The position numbers were made by a program, and so were the translations under genes. This document shows, one piece after another, positions 29,970 through 39,721 of a DNA stretch of 64,000 nt (position 1 is the stretch's first letter; each line of letters opens with the position of its first letter). The DNA is from Thermodesulfobium acidiphilum (GTDB lineage Bacteria; Thermodesulfobiota; Thermodesulfobiia; Thermodesulfobiales; Thermodesulfobiaceae), in NCBI RefSeq assembly GCF_003057965.1, contig NZ_CP020921.1, positions 1,104,916 through 1,168,915 on the forward strand, in the 5' to 3' direction. The notes below the pieces were generated by a model. The model was not told the origin of the DNA. It searched no databases and worked only from the letters and a program-made list of their open reading frames with translations.

Positions 29970-30513
29970 ACGTAGATAACTCCTTATAAAGTTTTTTTCT
30001 TCCTCTAGAAATTCTCATTTTAACAGTTCCCTCATCAATTGATAAAATATTAGAAATCTCCTTAATACTTAGATCCTCCTGATAAAATAAAACTATAACA
30101 ACCCTATAAATTTCAGGAAGTTTCAAAAGCGCCTTTTCAACAGCTTCCTTGTTTTCATATCTTATAATTATTTCTTCAGGCATCAGAGAGTTGTCTACAG
30201 GATCAAAACTTCTTTCATCATCTTCCGAAGTCAAGTCCTCAAACGATGTATATTCTTTTTTTGCTCTTTTTTTATCTATATATAAATTTGTCAACACTCT
30301 CTTAGCCCATGGTATAAAAGGATAATTTATATCAAATTTATCCACATTATTGTAGAATTTAATAAAAAACTCCTGTACAAGATCCTTTGCTTCTTCGGAA
30401 GAACCAGATAATCTGTAAGAAAGAGTATATATAAAACTGCTATACCTATTGTATAGGTCTCTAAAAGCATTTTGGTCTCCCGATTTTATCCTTAAAATTA
30501 GGTCTGAGTCCAT
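29959..30513 (-). CDS. ECF RNA polymerase sigma factor (SigW-like)
   Basis: GDQNAF..LY, AKDLVQE and region 4 LSIKEIS..L...GTVKMRISRGR. Confidence 0.93.
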   Translation of the reverse strand: MDSDLILRIKSGDQNAFRDLYNRYSSFIYTLSYRLSGSSEEAKDLVQEFFIKFYNNVDKFDINYPFIPWAKRVLTNLYIDKKRAKKEYTSFEDLTSEDDERSFDPVDNSLMPEEIIIRYENKEAVEKALLKLPEIYRVVIVLFYQEDLSIKEISNILSIDEGTVKMRISRGRKKLYKELSTYEL

Positions 30514-30622
30514 ATATTAGAAAGCACCTCATACAATCACCTTTATTCTATTCATACTTTTATGCTTTGATATTACATTTACAAGTTCTAAATAGAATAC
30601 GATTTTTTAAGCATAAAGAAAC

Positions 30623-30654
30623 AAAAAGGGAACAAAAAATTTATTTGCTCCCTT
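30623..30654 (-). terminator. Intrinsic terminator after the bacterioferritin-like gene
   Basis: Minus strand AAGGGAGCAAA-N7-TTTGTTCCCTT followed by TTT. Confidence 0.65.
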
Positions 30655-30671
30655 AAAATTTAAACTTATTA

Positions 30672-31103
30672 TTAGTCTACAAGATAATTTTCAAATGTCT
30701 GGAGATGATCCATTTCTTCTAATAAAATCTTTTCAAAAAGCCTTCTAGTCGCTAAATCATCGTGTTTTTTTGAAAAACTAATTATTTCCCTATAAAGTTC
30801 TATTGCTTCATTTTCAGCTTTGATATCAAGTTCAAGCATTTCTTTCAGAGAAGAGCCTACTTCAATATTATTTGGCTTAGTGGTGGGTATTCCGCCAAGT
30901 TTGAAAAGATGCTCTGCAATATCCTCTGCATGCTGCATTTCTGTAATTGAAATCTTTTTCAAATCTTCACCTACAATTTTACCTTTAAAACCAACTAATT
31001 GTATATGCTGCCACATATACTGGATACTAACCTGGATCTCTCTGGCAATAGCTTTGTTTAGCATCTCAAACAATTGTTCTTTTGTAGCTTTTGCCTGTGA
31101 CAT
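30672..31103 (-). CDS. Bacterioferritin-like protein
   Basis: Ferroxidase ligands ARE..., EMQHAE, AENEAIELY and EEMDH; ATG at 31103 behind AGGAGG. Confidence 0.82.
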   Translation of the reverse strand: MSQAKATKEQLFEMLNKAIAREIQVSIQYMWQHIQLVGFKGKIVGEDLKKISITEMQHAEDIAEHLFKLGGIPTTKPNNIEVGSSLKEMLELDIKAENEAIELYREIISFSKKHDDLATRRLFEKILLEEMDHLQTFENYLVD

Positions 31104-31167
31104 TAGAATCCTCCTGATAATTATATTTATTAACAAATATTATATTACAATTTATATAAAATAATAA

Positions 31168-31719
31168 TTAAAATTGCTCCAAAAATTCTTCCTTAAAAGT
31201 TTTCAATCCTGCATCTTGCAAAGAAATAATAGGATTCTCGACTGGCCAAGGAATAGATAAAAATTGATCGTTATATATTACTCCACTAGAACTTTCAGGT
31301 GAATATTCAGAAGAAGTTTTATATAGCACTATTGCAAAATCGCTTAATGCACAAAAACCGTGCAAAAAGCCGTCAGGCACAAAAAGAAGATAATCATTGC
31401 TATCGTGCAATATCACCGTAAAATATTTGCCAAATGTTTTAGACTCTCTTCTGACGTCCACCACTGCATCAAATATGCTTCCATAAACACATTTCACAAG
31501 TTTTGCCTGGCCATGTGGAGCTTTTTGATAATGAAGTCCTCTTATTACACCTTTTTTAGAAAAAGATAAGTTATCCTGATTAAAATCTAAATCAAACCCC
31601 ATCCTTTTAAAATCAGAATCTTTAAAAATCTCTTGAAAATAACCTCTATTATCAAAAAATTTTTTTGATTTTATAATCACTAAGCCTTCAATACCCGTTT
31701 CTATTTTTTCAAATGGCAT
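31168..31719 (-). CDS. rfbC: dTDP-4-dehydrorhamnose 3,5-epimerase
   Basis: FFDNRGYF, QDN.S.S.KGVIRGLHYQ and GFLHGF motifs. Confidence 0.95.
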   Translation of the reverse strand: MPFEKIETGIEGLVIIKSKKFFDNRGYFQEIFKDSDFKRMGFDLDFNQDNLSFSKKGVIRGLHYQKAPHGQAKLVKCVYGSIFDAVVDVRRESKTFGKYFTVILHDSNDYLLFVPDGFLHGFCALSDFAIVLYKTSSEYSPESSSGVIYNDQFLSIPWPVENPIISLQDAGLKTFKEEFLEQF

Positions 31720-31801
31720 ATTTCTCCCCTACTTAATTTATTTTTTTCATTTTATAATAAAAGGGAAAATTAAAAAAGGACATTTCAGAAGGGAGTCAAA
31801 A

Positions 31802-33061
31802 ATGGGCAAAACTATTGCGGAAAAAATTTTTTCCAAACACTCAAAAAAGGATGTGAAAGCAGGTGACTATATCCTTGCAAATCTAGACATAGTTCTTGTA
31901 AACGACATCACAGGTCCACTAAGCGTTATTGAATTCCAAAAGCTAGGAGACATTAAGGTTTTTGATAAAGATAAAATAGTCATAATTTGCGATCACTTTA
32001 CGCCAAACAAAGACATTAAATCAGCCCAAAACGTAAAAATGTTAAGAAATTTTGCAAAAAATCAAAACATAAAACATTTCTATGAACCTGGTCATGTGGG
32101 AATAGAACACGTTATGATTCCCGAACTAGGTTTAGCTCGACCAGGATATTTAATAATTGGAGCAGATTCCCACACGTGCACTTATGGTGCACTAAATGCA
32201 TTTTCCACTGGAGTAGGTTCAACTGATGCTGGCATGGCAATGGCAACTGGAGATACGTGGTTCAGAGTTCCACCATCATTTAAAGTAGAAATAAGAGGTA
32301 AACAAAAGAAATGGATTAGCGGAAAAGACGTCGTGCTAAACTTGATAGGGAAAATTGGCGTAGAAGGCGCAAACTATTTTGCTCTCGAATTTTGCGGAGA
32401 AGGATTAAGAAATCTTTCTATAGATGACAGATTTACCATTTCAAACATGGCAATCGAGTGCGGGGGTAAAGCTGGTATATTTAATTATGACGAGATAACG
32501 CACCAATACCTAGAAAGTTTGGGAATAAATGCATTTGATTACATTGAGGCAGACAAGGATGCAAATTACGAAAAGAGTATCACAATAGATTTAAGCGAAC
32601 TGGATTATACTGTTTCTCTTCCATTTTCTCCAGATAATACTGTCAATGTAAGCAAATTAGAAAAAACTTATGTTGACCAGGTAGTAATAGGATCTTGCAC
32701 AAACGGTAGACTCTCAGATCTAAGAGTTGCAGCAGAAATTTTAACTAACAAAAAGGTAAAGGATGGCCTCAGAGTAATTGTACTTCCAGGAAGTCCAAAG
32801 GTCTATCTTGAAGCTTTAAGAGAGGGCCTGATAGAGAAATTTATTTTAGCTGGCGCAGCAGTTTCTACCCCAACCTGTGGCCCATGTTTAGGTGGTCATA
32901 TGGGCATTCTTGCTGAAGATGAAGTTTGCGTTTCAACTACCAACAGAAATTTTATTGGCAGAATGGGGCATCCAAAGAGTAAAGTAATTCTCGCTTCCCC
33001 TGCAGTCGCTGCAGCATCTGCTATAACTGGATATATCACTTCGCCTGAGGAGGTAATGTAA
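31802..33061 (+). CDS. leuC: 3-isopropylmalate dehydratase large subunit
   Basis: GADSHTCT, IGSCTNGR and CGPCLG Fe-S motifs, STTNRNF; followed by leuD and leuB. Confidence 0.9.
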   Translation: MGKTIAEKIFSKHSKKDVKAGDYILANLDIVLVNDITGPLSVIEFQKLGDIKVFDKDKIVIICDHFTPNKDIKSAQNVKMLRNFAKNQNIKHFYEPGHVGIEHVMIPELGLARPGYLIIGADSHTCTYGALNAFSTGVGSTDAGMAMATGDTWFRVPPSFKVEIRGKQKKWISGKDVVLNLIGKIGVEGANYFALEFCGEGLRNLSIDDRFTISNMAIECGGKAGIFNYDEITHQYLESLGINAFDYIEADKDANYEKSITIDLSELDYTVSLPFSPDNTVNVSKLEKTYVDQVVIGSCTNGRLSDLRVAAEILTNKKVKDGLRVIVLPGSPKVYLEALREGLIEKFILAGAAVSTPTCGPCLGGHMGILAEDEVCVSTTNRNFIGRMGHPKSKVILASPAVAAASAITGYITSPEEVM

Positions 33062-33573
33062 TGATGATTTTAGAAGGCGCTGCAAGAATTTTTGGCAATA
33101 ATATAGATACCGATCTTATAATAGCAGCAAGATATCTAACAGAAACCAATGAAGTTGAACTTGGCAAAAATCTTTTCAAAGATTTAAGACCAAATTTTGT
33201 AAACGAGATGAATAAAGGAGACATAATAGTTGCAGGAAATAATTTTGGTTGCGGCTCATCACGAGAACATGCTCCTTTAGCCATAAAGGGCGCAGGAATT
33301 AGTGCAGTTATTGCAAATTCCTTCGCAAGAATTTTTTTTAGAAATGCTATTAATGTTGGTTTACCAATTTTCGTAACAAGTGAGAATTTGAATTCAATCG
33401 AAGAAGGAGATAAATTATCTATAAACGCTTCAGAAGGGATACTCTTAAATAAGACAAAAAACAAGACATATAAATTCGACCCATATCCAGAATTTTTATT
33501 AAATCTCGTTCAAATAGGTGGTCTCTTTAACTTTACCAAAAATCGTCTAAAAGAGGTGCAAAAAAATGTATAA
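33061..33573 (+). CDS. leuD: 3-isopropylmalate dehydratase small subunit
   Basis: IDTDLII, NFGCGSSREHA and SFARIFFRN motifs. Confidence 0.92.
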   Translation: MMILEGAARIFGNNIDTDLIIAARYLTETNEVELGKNLFKDLRPNFVNEMNKGDIIVAGNNFGCGSSREHAPLAIKGAGISAVIANSFARIFFRNAINVGLPIFVTSENLNSIEEGDKLSINASEGILLNKTKNKTYKFDPYPEFLLNLVQIGGLFNFTKNRLKEVQKNV

Positions 33574-34633
33574 AGTTGCATTCTTACCTGGTGACGGAAT
33601 AGGCCAGGATCTAAAAGAAGTAGTAAAAGTTTTTAGAGATAAAATTGAAGAAAAATATGGATTTTCTTTTGAATTAAATGAACTTCCAATTGGTGGAAAT
33701 GCAATTGATTCATTTGGAGATCCTTTACCGCCAGATGTATTAAAGGAGTGCAAAAACTCTGATGCTGTCTTTTTGATAGCTGTTGGTGGCCCAAAGTGGG
33801 ATAACAATCCCCCAAACCTTAGACCTGAAGCGGGATTATTGAAATTAAGAAAGAGCCTAAACGTTTTTTGCAATATCAGGCCTATTAAACTTTCCAAACA
33901 CTTAACACACCTTTCTTGCTTAAAATGTGAGACTGTAAACAAAGGCCTTGATATAGTAATATTAAGAGAACTGACTGAAGGCCTTTATTTTGGTGAACCT
34001 CGAGGAATTTACACACAACCTGACGGTTCAAAGGTTGCCATAAATACTATGAGTTACAGTTCAACTACAATTGAAAAATTTGCAAAGATAGGGTTTGAGC
34101 TTGCGATGTCTAGAAAGAAAAATCTGACTTCCGTTGATAAGGCAAACGTTCTTGAAAATTCAAGACTTTGGCGAGAAGTAGTAGAAAATTTATCAAAATC
34201 TTATCCAGAAATAAAGTTAAATCACCTGTATGTGGATAATGCAGCCCTTCAAATGATATACGATCCTAATCAATTTGATGTAATAATTACAGAAAATCTG
34301 TTTGGAGACATTCTCAGCGATGAGGCAGCTGCACTCGTAGGTTCACTTGGGCTTTTGCCATCAGCAAGTATAGGCGACAATAAACCATTTTTATACGAAC
34401 CTGTACACGGATCTGCTCCTTCAATAGCAGGCAAAAATATAGCCAATCCTATAGCCACCATTTTTTCAATTGCTCTAATGCTAAGATTAAGTTTTGAGAG
34501 GAATGATATTGCACTTGACCTTGAAAATGCTGTAGAAAAAGTCTTAGAAACCAAGGTAGGAACTGCCGATCTTAAAATGAAAAATACCATAGGCACAAGA
34601 GAATTTGCTAACGAAGTGCTTAAAAATCTATAA
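33566..34633 (+). CDS. leuB: 3-isopropylmalate dehydrogenase
   Basis: PGDGIG, RPEAGLLKLRK, DKANVL, NLFGDILSDE and EPVHGSAP motifs. Confidence 0.95.
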   Translation: MYKVAFLPGDGIGQDLKEVVKVFRDKIEEKYGFSFELNELPIGGNAIDSFGDPLPPDVLKECKNSDAVFLIAVGGPKWDNNPPNLRPEAGLLKLRKSLNVFCNIRPIKLSKHLTHLSCLKCETVNKGLDIVILRELTEGLYFGEPRGIYTQPDGSKVAINTMSYSSTTIEKFAKIGFELAMSRKKNLTSVDKANVLENSRLWREVVENLSKSYPEIKLNHLYVDNAALQMIYDPNQFDVIITENLFGDILSDEAAALVGSLGLLPSASIGDNKPFLYEPVHGSAPSIAGKNIANPIATIFSIALMLRLSFERNDIALDLENAVEKVLETKVGTADLKMKNTIGTREFANEVLKNL

Positions 34634-35500
34634 TTCTTTACAAATTTCTAACAAATGATTTTTCATTTCATCCTTAAATTCTGGATGTTGAAGCGCAAAA
34701 TCGACTGTGGCTTTTAGGTATCCAATCTTTGAGCCACAGTCATATCTTTTTCCTTTAATCTCCACTCCTAAAACCAACCTTCTCTCGCATAAAGTTCTAA
34801 GAGCATCAGTGAGCTGAATCTCTCCACCCCTCCCAGGTTTTGTCTCTCGTAAAATATCAAAAATTTCAGGAACAAGTATATATCTACCGATTACAGCATA
34901 GTTTGAAGGAAATTCATGTACCTCAGGCTTTTCAATAAGATCAAAAATCTTTAGTACGCCATCATCATCCGGAATTGGCTTTGCAAGAGCTATTCCATAG
35001 CTGCTAACCTCTTCTTCTGGCACCATCTCAAGGGCTAATACTGGACTATGATATCTCTCATACACTTTAATTAGCTGTTTCATAGCAGGAATTTCAGAAT
35101 TTATAATATCATCACCAAGAACTACAGCAAATGGTTCGTTATCGATTACCGCAGACGACATAAGTACTGCGTGTCCTAATCCCAATGGTTTTGGTTGTCT
35201 AACATAGATAAACTCAGCATCATCACGAATTTTGTCAACATCAGCTAGCAAACTAGATTTATCTTTATCTTTCAATATAGATTCAAGCTCCCATGAGGCA
35301 TCAAAGTAGTCTTCAATAGGTCTTTTGTTCCTACCTGTAACAAATATCATATATTTTATTCCTGATTCTAGAACTTCTTCCACAACATACTGGATTAAAG
35401 GTCTATCTACTAGTGGCAACATCTCTTTAGGAGACGCTTTGGTAGCTGGTAAAAACCTTGTTCCCATTCCTGCAACAGGAAAAACTGCCTTTCTGATCAT
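34628..35500 (-). CDS. galU: UTP-glucose-1-phosphate uridylyltransferase
   Basis: KAVFPVAGMGTRFLPATKASPKEMLP, LGLGHAV and GEIQLTDA motifs. Confidence 0.95.
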   Translation of the reverse strand: MIRKAVFPVAGMGTRFLPATKASPKEMLPLVDRPLIQYVVEEVLESGIKYMIFVTGRNKRPIEDYFDASWELESILKDKDKSSLLADVDKIRDDAEFIYVRQPKPLGLGHAVLMSSAVIDNEPFAVVLGDDIINSEIPAMKQLIKVYERYHSPVLALEMVPEEEVSSYGIALAKPIPDDDGVLKIFDLIEKPEVHEFPSNYAVIGRYILVPEIFDILRETKPGRGGEIQLTDALRTLCERRLVLGVEIKGKRYDCGSKIGYLKATVDFALQHPEFKDEMKNHLLEICKEL

Positions 35501-35582
35501 AAGAACCTCCTTAGCCTACAAAAAACGCATTAAATTATATTAACTATGTTAAAATATTTTTTATATATTAACAACAACATGT

Positions 35583-36218
35583 ATGAAAATAATTTTAGAA
35601 CTCTTAAAAAATAGAAATTATGAAGAAATCGTCTTTTTGTGTAACAAAGAAAGACGATTTTGGTCTTTTTTAAAGTCAAGATTATACGATCCAGATATGT
35701 TAATAAGGTATAGAGCCGTAGAAGCTGTGGGTTTATACATGAAAGATTTATGGAATAAAGATGAAGAGAAGGTAAGGGTGTTTATAAGAACTCTTCTATG
35801 GTCACTTAACGATGAATCAGGAGGAATAGGATGGAGCTCTGCTCCTACAATAGCACAGATAATTAGCCACATCCCATCTTTAAAAGATCCATATTTATCA
35901 ATGGCAATGAACGCCCTTGATGAAGATCTTCTTAAAAAGCCAATCCTTTGGGCAATAGCAAAAGTTGGGAAAAAAGCCCTAGAAGACGTAAAATTCCATA
36001 AAGAAAATTTTCTTAAAGCCTTTGAATCTAAAGACAAAGAAACTATAGGATATGCTGTAATAGCTTCAACAGAAACAGAATTTAGAGATTCACTGGCATA
36101 TATTGTAAAATTAAAAAATAATCCGACTAATTTTACTTTCCCTTACTTTGTAGACGGCTTTTTTAGAAAAGAAAATTTAGATAGTTTACTTGATGAAGCA
36201 ATTAAAAAACTAAAATGA
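35583..36218 (+). CDS. HEAT-repeat-like protein (DVU0298-like family)
   Basis: LLWSLNDESGGIGW motif; predominantly helical sequence. Confidence 0.7.
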   Translation: MKIILELLKNRNYEEIVFLCNKERRFWSFLKSRLYDPDMLIRYRAVEAVGLYMKDLWNKDEEKVRVFIRTLLWSLNDESGGIGWSSAPTIAQIISHIPSLKDPYLSMAMNALDEDLLKKPILWAIAKVGKKALEDVKFHKENFLKAFESKDKETIGYAVIASTETEFRDSLAYIVKLKNNPTNFTFPYFVDGFFRKENLDSLLDEAIKKLK

Positions 36219-36793
36219 AAAACATCATAGACAGTTTAGAAAAACTTTATAAGGAAGTTGAAAACGAATTCAAAAGAATTGGACAATATTATGATTTTAG
36301 CTGTTTTGGTTGTACTACAAATTGTTGTAATACTTTATTTTATCACTTCACGATTGTTGAAGAACTTATGCTACAATACGGCCTATCAAAACTCGATGGA
36401 AACACAAGATTAATGATCGTTGAAAATTCTAAGAGATATTTGCTCTCGAAAGAAAATCATAACGAAAGAGGAAGATTTAAAATGATGTGCCCTGCAAACA
36501 AAGATGGACTTTGTATGGTCTATCAATATAGACCAATGATATGTAGAATTCATGGTGTCCCATCCAAACTAGTTTTTCCTAATGGAAGAGTTGATTTTTA
36601 CAAAGGATGTGAGGTTATAGCGTCAAAATTTCTGGAATTTCCTTACGTATTAGATAGAACAAATTTTTTTAAAAATTTAAGCAAAATAGAACTTGATTTT
36701 AGAAAAAAGACAAATAAGCCTATAAGTTATAAATTCAAAAAAACTATTGCAGAAATGATTCTTAGCAAAGATTTGAAAGATATTCATGTATAA
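36215..36793 (+). CDS. YkgJ-like CxxCxxCC Zn/Fe-chelating protein
   Basis: CFGCTTNCC ... CP....GLCMVYQYRPMICR. Confidence 0.82.
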   Translation: MKNIIDSLEKLYKEVENEFKRIGQYYDFSCFGCTTNCCNTLFYHFTIVEELMLQYGLSKLDGNTRLMIVENSKRYLLSKENHNERGRFKMMCPANKDGLCMVYQYRPMICRIHGVPSKLVFPNGRVDFYKGCEVIASKFLEFPYVLDRTNFFKNLSKIELDFRKKTNKPISYKFKKTIAEMILSKDLKDIHV

Positions 36794-37433
36794 AAAGATT
36801 ATTAACGATATCGAAAATATCTTTTTAGACTTTGATGGCACGATCGTTCACAAAGAATTTGATCGATATTTTTGGACCGAATATGTGCCACTCCAATATT
36901 CAATTAAGAATAACCTGCCGCTAGAAGATTCTAAAGAAAAACTCTACCACTTATATAACTCTTATAAAGGACAGCTTTGTTGGTCTGATATAGATTTTTG
37001 GTCTTCGAAATTAAACCTTGATATTGAAAGTCTCACTCAGTCTATTTCAGGTTTAATAAAACCGTCAAAAGGCATTTACAAATTTTTTTCACATGCAAAG
37101 AAAAATAATAAAAGAATTTTTATTTTAACCAACGCACATAAAAAAACAATTAACATTAAGCTTAAAAGGATTAATATAAAAAAACAAATTGATAAAATCA
37201 TAACCTGTTTTGACCTGGGATATCCAAAAGAACACATTGGTTTTTGGAAGAAATTAAAAAGTCAAATCGAATTCGATCCTGCAAGAAGCGTTTTTATAGA
37301 CGATCTCGAAGAAAATTTAATGCAAGCCAGTAAGATCGGCATCAAAAACGTTTGGTTAAAGGTTGAAGAAGAAGAAATAAAAAACATAACTTCAAAATTT
37401 TTCTACTTTGTTTCATTCGAAAATTTACTATAA
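36786..37433 (+). CDS. HAD hydrolase (YrfG-like nucleotidase)
   Basis: DFDGT motif I, LTNAH, GYPKE and FIDD motifs. Confidence 0.85.
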   Translation: MYKKIINDIENIFLDFDGTIVHKEFDRYFWTEYVPLQYSIKNNLPLEDSKEKLYHLYNSYKGQLCWSDIDFWSSKLNLDIESLTQSISGLIKPSKGIYKFFSHAKKNNKRIFILTNAHKKTINIKLKRINIKKQIDKIITCFDLGYPKEHIGFWKKLKSQIEFDPARSVFIDDLEENLMQASKIGIKNVWLKVEEEEIKNITSKFFYFVSFENLL

Positions 37434-37488
37434 TCGTCCATAAAACAATATATACTGATTGAATTTAATAACCTTTCAAGGAGGATTT

Positions 37489-38529
37489 ATGAAAAAGATT
37501 AAGGTTGGTATATTTGGTGCAACTGGATATGCTGGATTGAACATATTTAGGATATTGTCAAATCATCCTTATGTAGATTTAAAGTATCTATCTTCTCGCT
37601 CCTACAACGGTGAAAGCTATAAAAAACTTTTTCCCTCTTTTAACACTGATATAGTACTTAAAACTTCAGACCCGGAAGTAGCAAAGGATTTAGATGCCTG
37701 TTTTATCGCCTTACCAGCAGGCGAAACGTCTAAGTTTGTTACAAAACTAATAGAATATAACAATAACATTGTTATTATTGACCTGGGAGCAGATTTCAGA
37801 TTTAAAGATAAAGAGATTTATGAGAAAACATATGGTATCGAACACAGCTGTCCAGAAATATTAAAAAACTCTGTTTACGGCTTGCCAGAAATAAATAGAG
37901 AAAAAATTAAAAGAGTTAAAATTATAGGTAACCCTGGATGTTATCCTACCAGTATTCTTTTAGGATTATATCCAATAATTGATCGTTTTAAAGGCAGTAT
38001 AGAAAATATAATCGCAGATTCAAAGTCAGGGGTTAGTGGAGCAGGTAGAAAGTTATCTAAAGATTTTCTTTTTTGTGAAGTAAATGAAAGCGTAAAACCT
38101 TACGGTGCAAAATTTCATAGACATCAGCCAGAAATGAATGACCAAATAAAGCTAATCTCAAAGGATGCTCCCGAATTAATTTTCACACCCCATCTTATTC
38201 CAATGCAAAGAGGTATTCTTTCAACAATTTACGTATTTTTTAAAGAAGATTTGCCAGAAGAAAATGAGATAAAAAAACTTTATTATGAAAAGTATAGAAA
38301 TGAAAAATTTATTCAAATACTTGAAAATGACTTACCAACTACTGGAATGGTAAGATCTAGCAACCTGTGCGCAATCAATATATGCAAGACATCAAATAGG
38401 GTAATAAAAATTTTTAGCGCGATTGATAACTTAATAAAGGGTGCATCAGGTCAGGCTGTTCAAAACCTTAACATAATTTTTGATTTCCCTGAAGAACTAT
38501 CGCTAACTACTCTTCCGGAGGTAATATAA
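37489..38529 (+). CDS. argC: N-acetyl-gamma-glutamyl-phosphate reductase
   Basis: GATGYAG, NPGCYPT, SGVSGAGR and DNLIKGASGQAVQN; ATG behind AGGAGG. Confidence 0.96.
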   Translation: MKKIKVGIFGATGYAGLNIFRILSNHPYVDLKYLSSRSYNGESYKKLFPSFNTDIVLKTSDPEVAKDLDACFIALPAGETSKFVTKLIEYNNNIVIIDLGADFRFKDKEIYEKTYGIEHSCPEILKNSVYGLPEINREKIKRVKIIGNPGCYPTSILLGLYPIIDRFKGSIENIIADSKSGVSGAGRKLSKDFLFCEVNESVKPYGAKFHRHQPEMNDQIKLISKDAPELIFTPHLIPMQRGILSTIYVFFKEDLPEENEIKKLYYEKYRNEKFIQILENDLPTTGMVRSSNLCAINICKTSNRVIKIFSAIDNLIKGASGQAVQNLNIIFDFPEELSLTTLPEVI

Positions 38530-38530
38530 A

Positions 38531-39721
38531 TTGTCAAATTTTCCAGAAAACTTCAATTTTGCAGGATTAAGTTGTGGCCTAAAATTATCTGGCAAAAAAG
38601 ATCTTGGAGCTATTTTTTGTAAAGAAAAGGCACTTACCTTTGCTTTATTTACCCAAAACAGCGTTGCAGCAGCACCTGTAAAAATTTCGAAAGAAAGACT
38701 CAAAAAAAATAAGTATATAAGAGCAATACTTATCAATTCAGGAAACGCAAATGCAGCAACAGGAATAGATGGTTATAACGATGCAATTGAAATTTCGAAA
38801 AGGTTTGCAGAGCTAATTGGAGTTAGAGAAGATGAAGTGCTTTTGGCATCCACAGGTATAATAGGTGTAAGATTGGACAAAGAAAAAATTATTAGCAAGA
38901 TCCCTGAATTGGTAAACAATTTAAAACAAAACAATTACAAAGATTTTGTTGAATCTATTATGACTACAGACAGTTTTGAAAAAGAATATTTTGAAGTAAT
39001 ATCTTCAGAAAAAAACGATGAAATCCACATAAGAGCATACGCAAAGGGTTGCGGAATGATATGTCCCAACCTGGCTACGATGCTTGTTTTTATCACCTCC
39101 GATATAAATGCTGACGAAAAAATACTTAAAGAGATATTCGTTAATTGTGTAAATAGAAGCTTCAACGCCATATCGGTTGATGGAGATACATCTACTAACG
39201 ATTCAGCTTTCTTTATGACCGATATGCTTTATCCAAAAAACAAAATAACCAATAGAAAAGATAAGTTAATTATGGATTTTGAAAGTGCTTTGAATCGTTG
39301 CTGCACAAAGTTAGCAAACGATATGGTAAAGGATGGAGAAGGTTCTACAAAAGTTCTAGAAGTTAGAGCAACTGGTTTTGCCAGCGAAGAAGAGGCAAAA
39401 AAAGTAGCATCAAATATCGCAAAATCAACACTTGTTAAGTGTGCCTTCTTTGGTTCAGATCCTAATTGGGGAAGAATTATCTGCGCTGCTGGAAACACTA
39501 ATTTAATTAGTGAAGATTCTGTTTTAATAAAGATTTTCGACACTGCAGTATATAATAAAAAGCCCATTAATTTTGATAAAGCAAGCCTTCGCAAAAAAAT
39601 CTCAAATAGCGAAAGAGTTATAATAGAGATCCATAATAATGCTGGTGATAAAGACTTTACTTTCTATGGTTGCGATTTAACTTTTGATTATGTTAAATTA
39701 AATTCAGAATATTCAACGTGA
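38531..39721 (+). CDS. argJ: Ornithine acetyltransferase / N-acetylglutamate synthase
   Basis: NSGNANA, STGIIG, IMTTD, KGCGMICPNLATML, DGEG and DPNWGR motifs. Confidence 0.95.
   Translation: MSNFPENFNFAGLSCGLKLSGKKDLGAIFCKEKALTFALFTQNSVAAAPVKISKERLKKNKYIRAILINSGNANAATGIDGYNDAIEISKRFAELIGVREDEVLLASTGIIGVRLDKEKIISKIPELVNNLKQNNYKDFVESIMTTDSFEKEYFEVISSEKNDEIHIRAYAKGCGMICPNLATMLVFITSDINADEKILKEIFVNCVNRSFNAISVDGDTSTNDSAFFMTDMLYPKNKITNRKDKLIMDFESALNRCCTKLANDMVKDGEGSTKVLEVRATGFASEEEAKKVASNIAKSTLVKCAFFGSDPNWGRIICAAGNTNLISEDSVLIKIFDTAVYNKKPINFDKASLRKKISNSERVIIEIHNNAGDKDFTFYGCDLTFDYVKLNSEYST

Noticed and set aside
30540-30600. Autoregulatory ECF promoter (GAACTT...TCAAA) upstream of the sigma gene
   Set aside because: The spacer is only 12 nt, too short for a typical ECF promoter.
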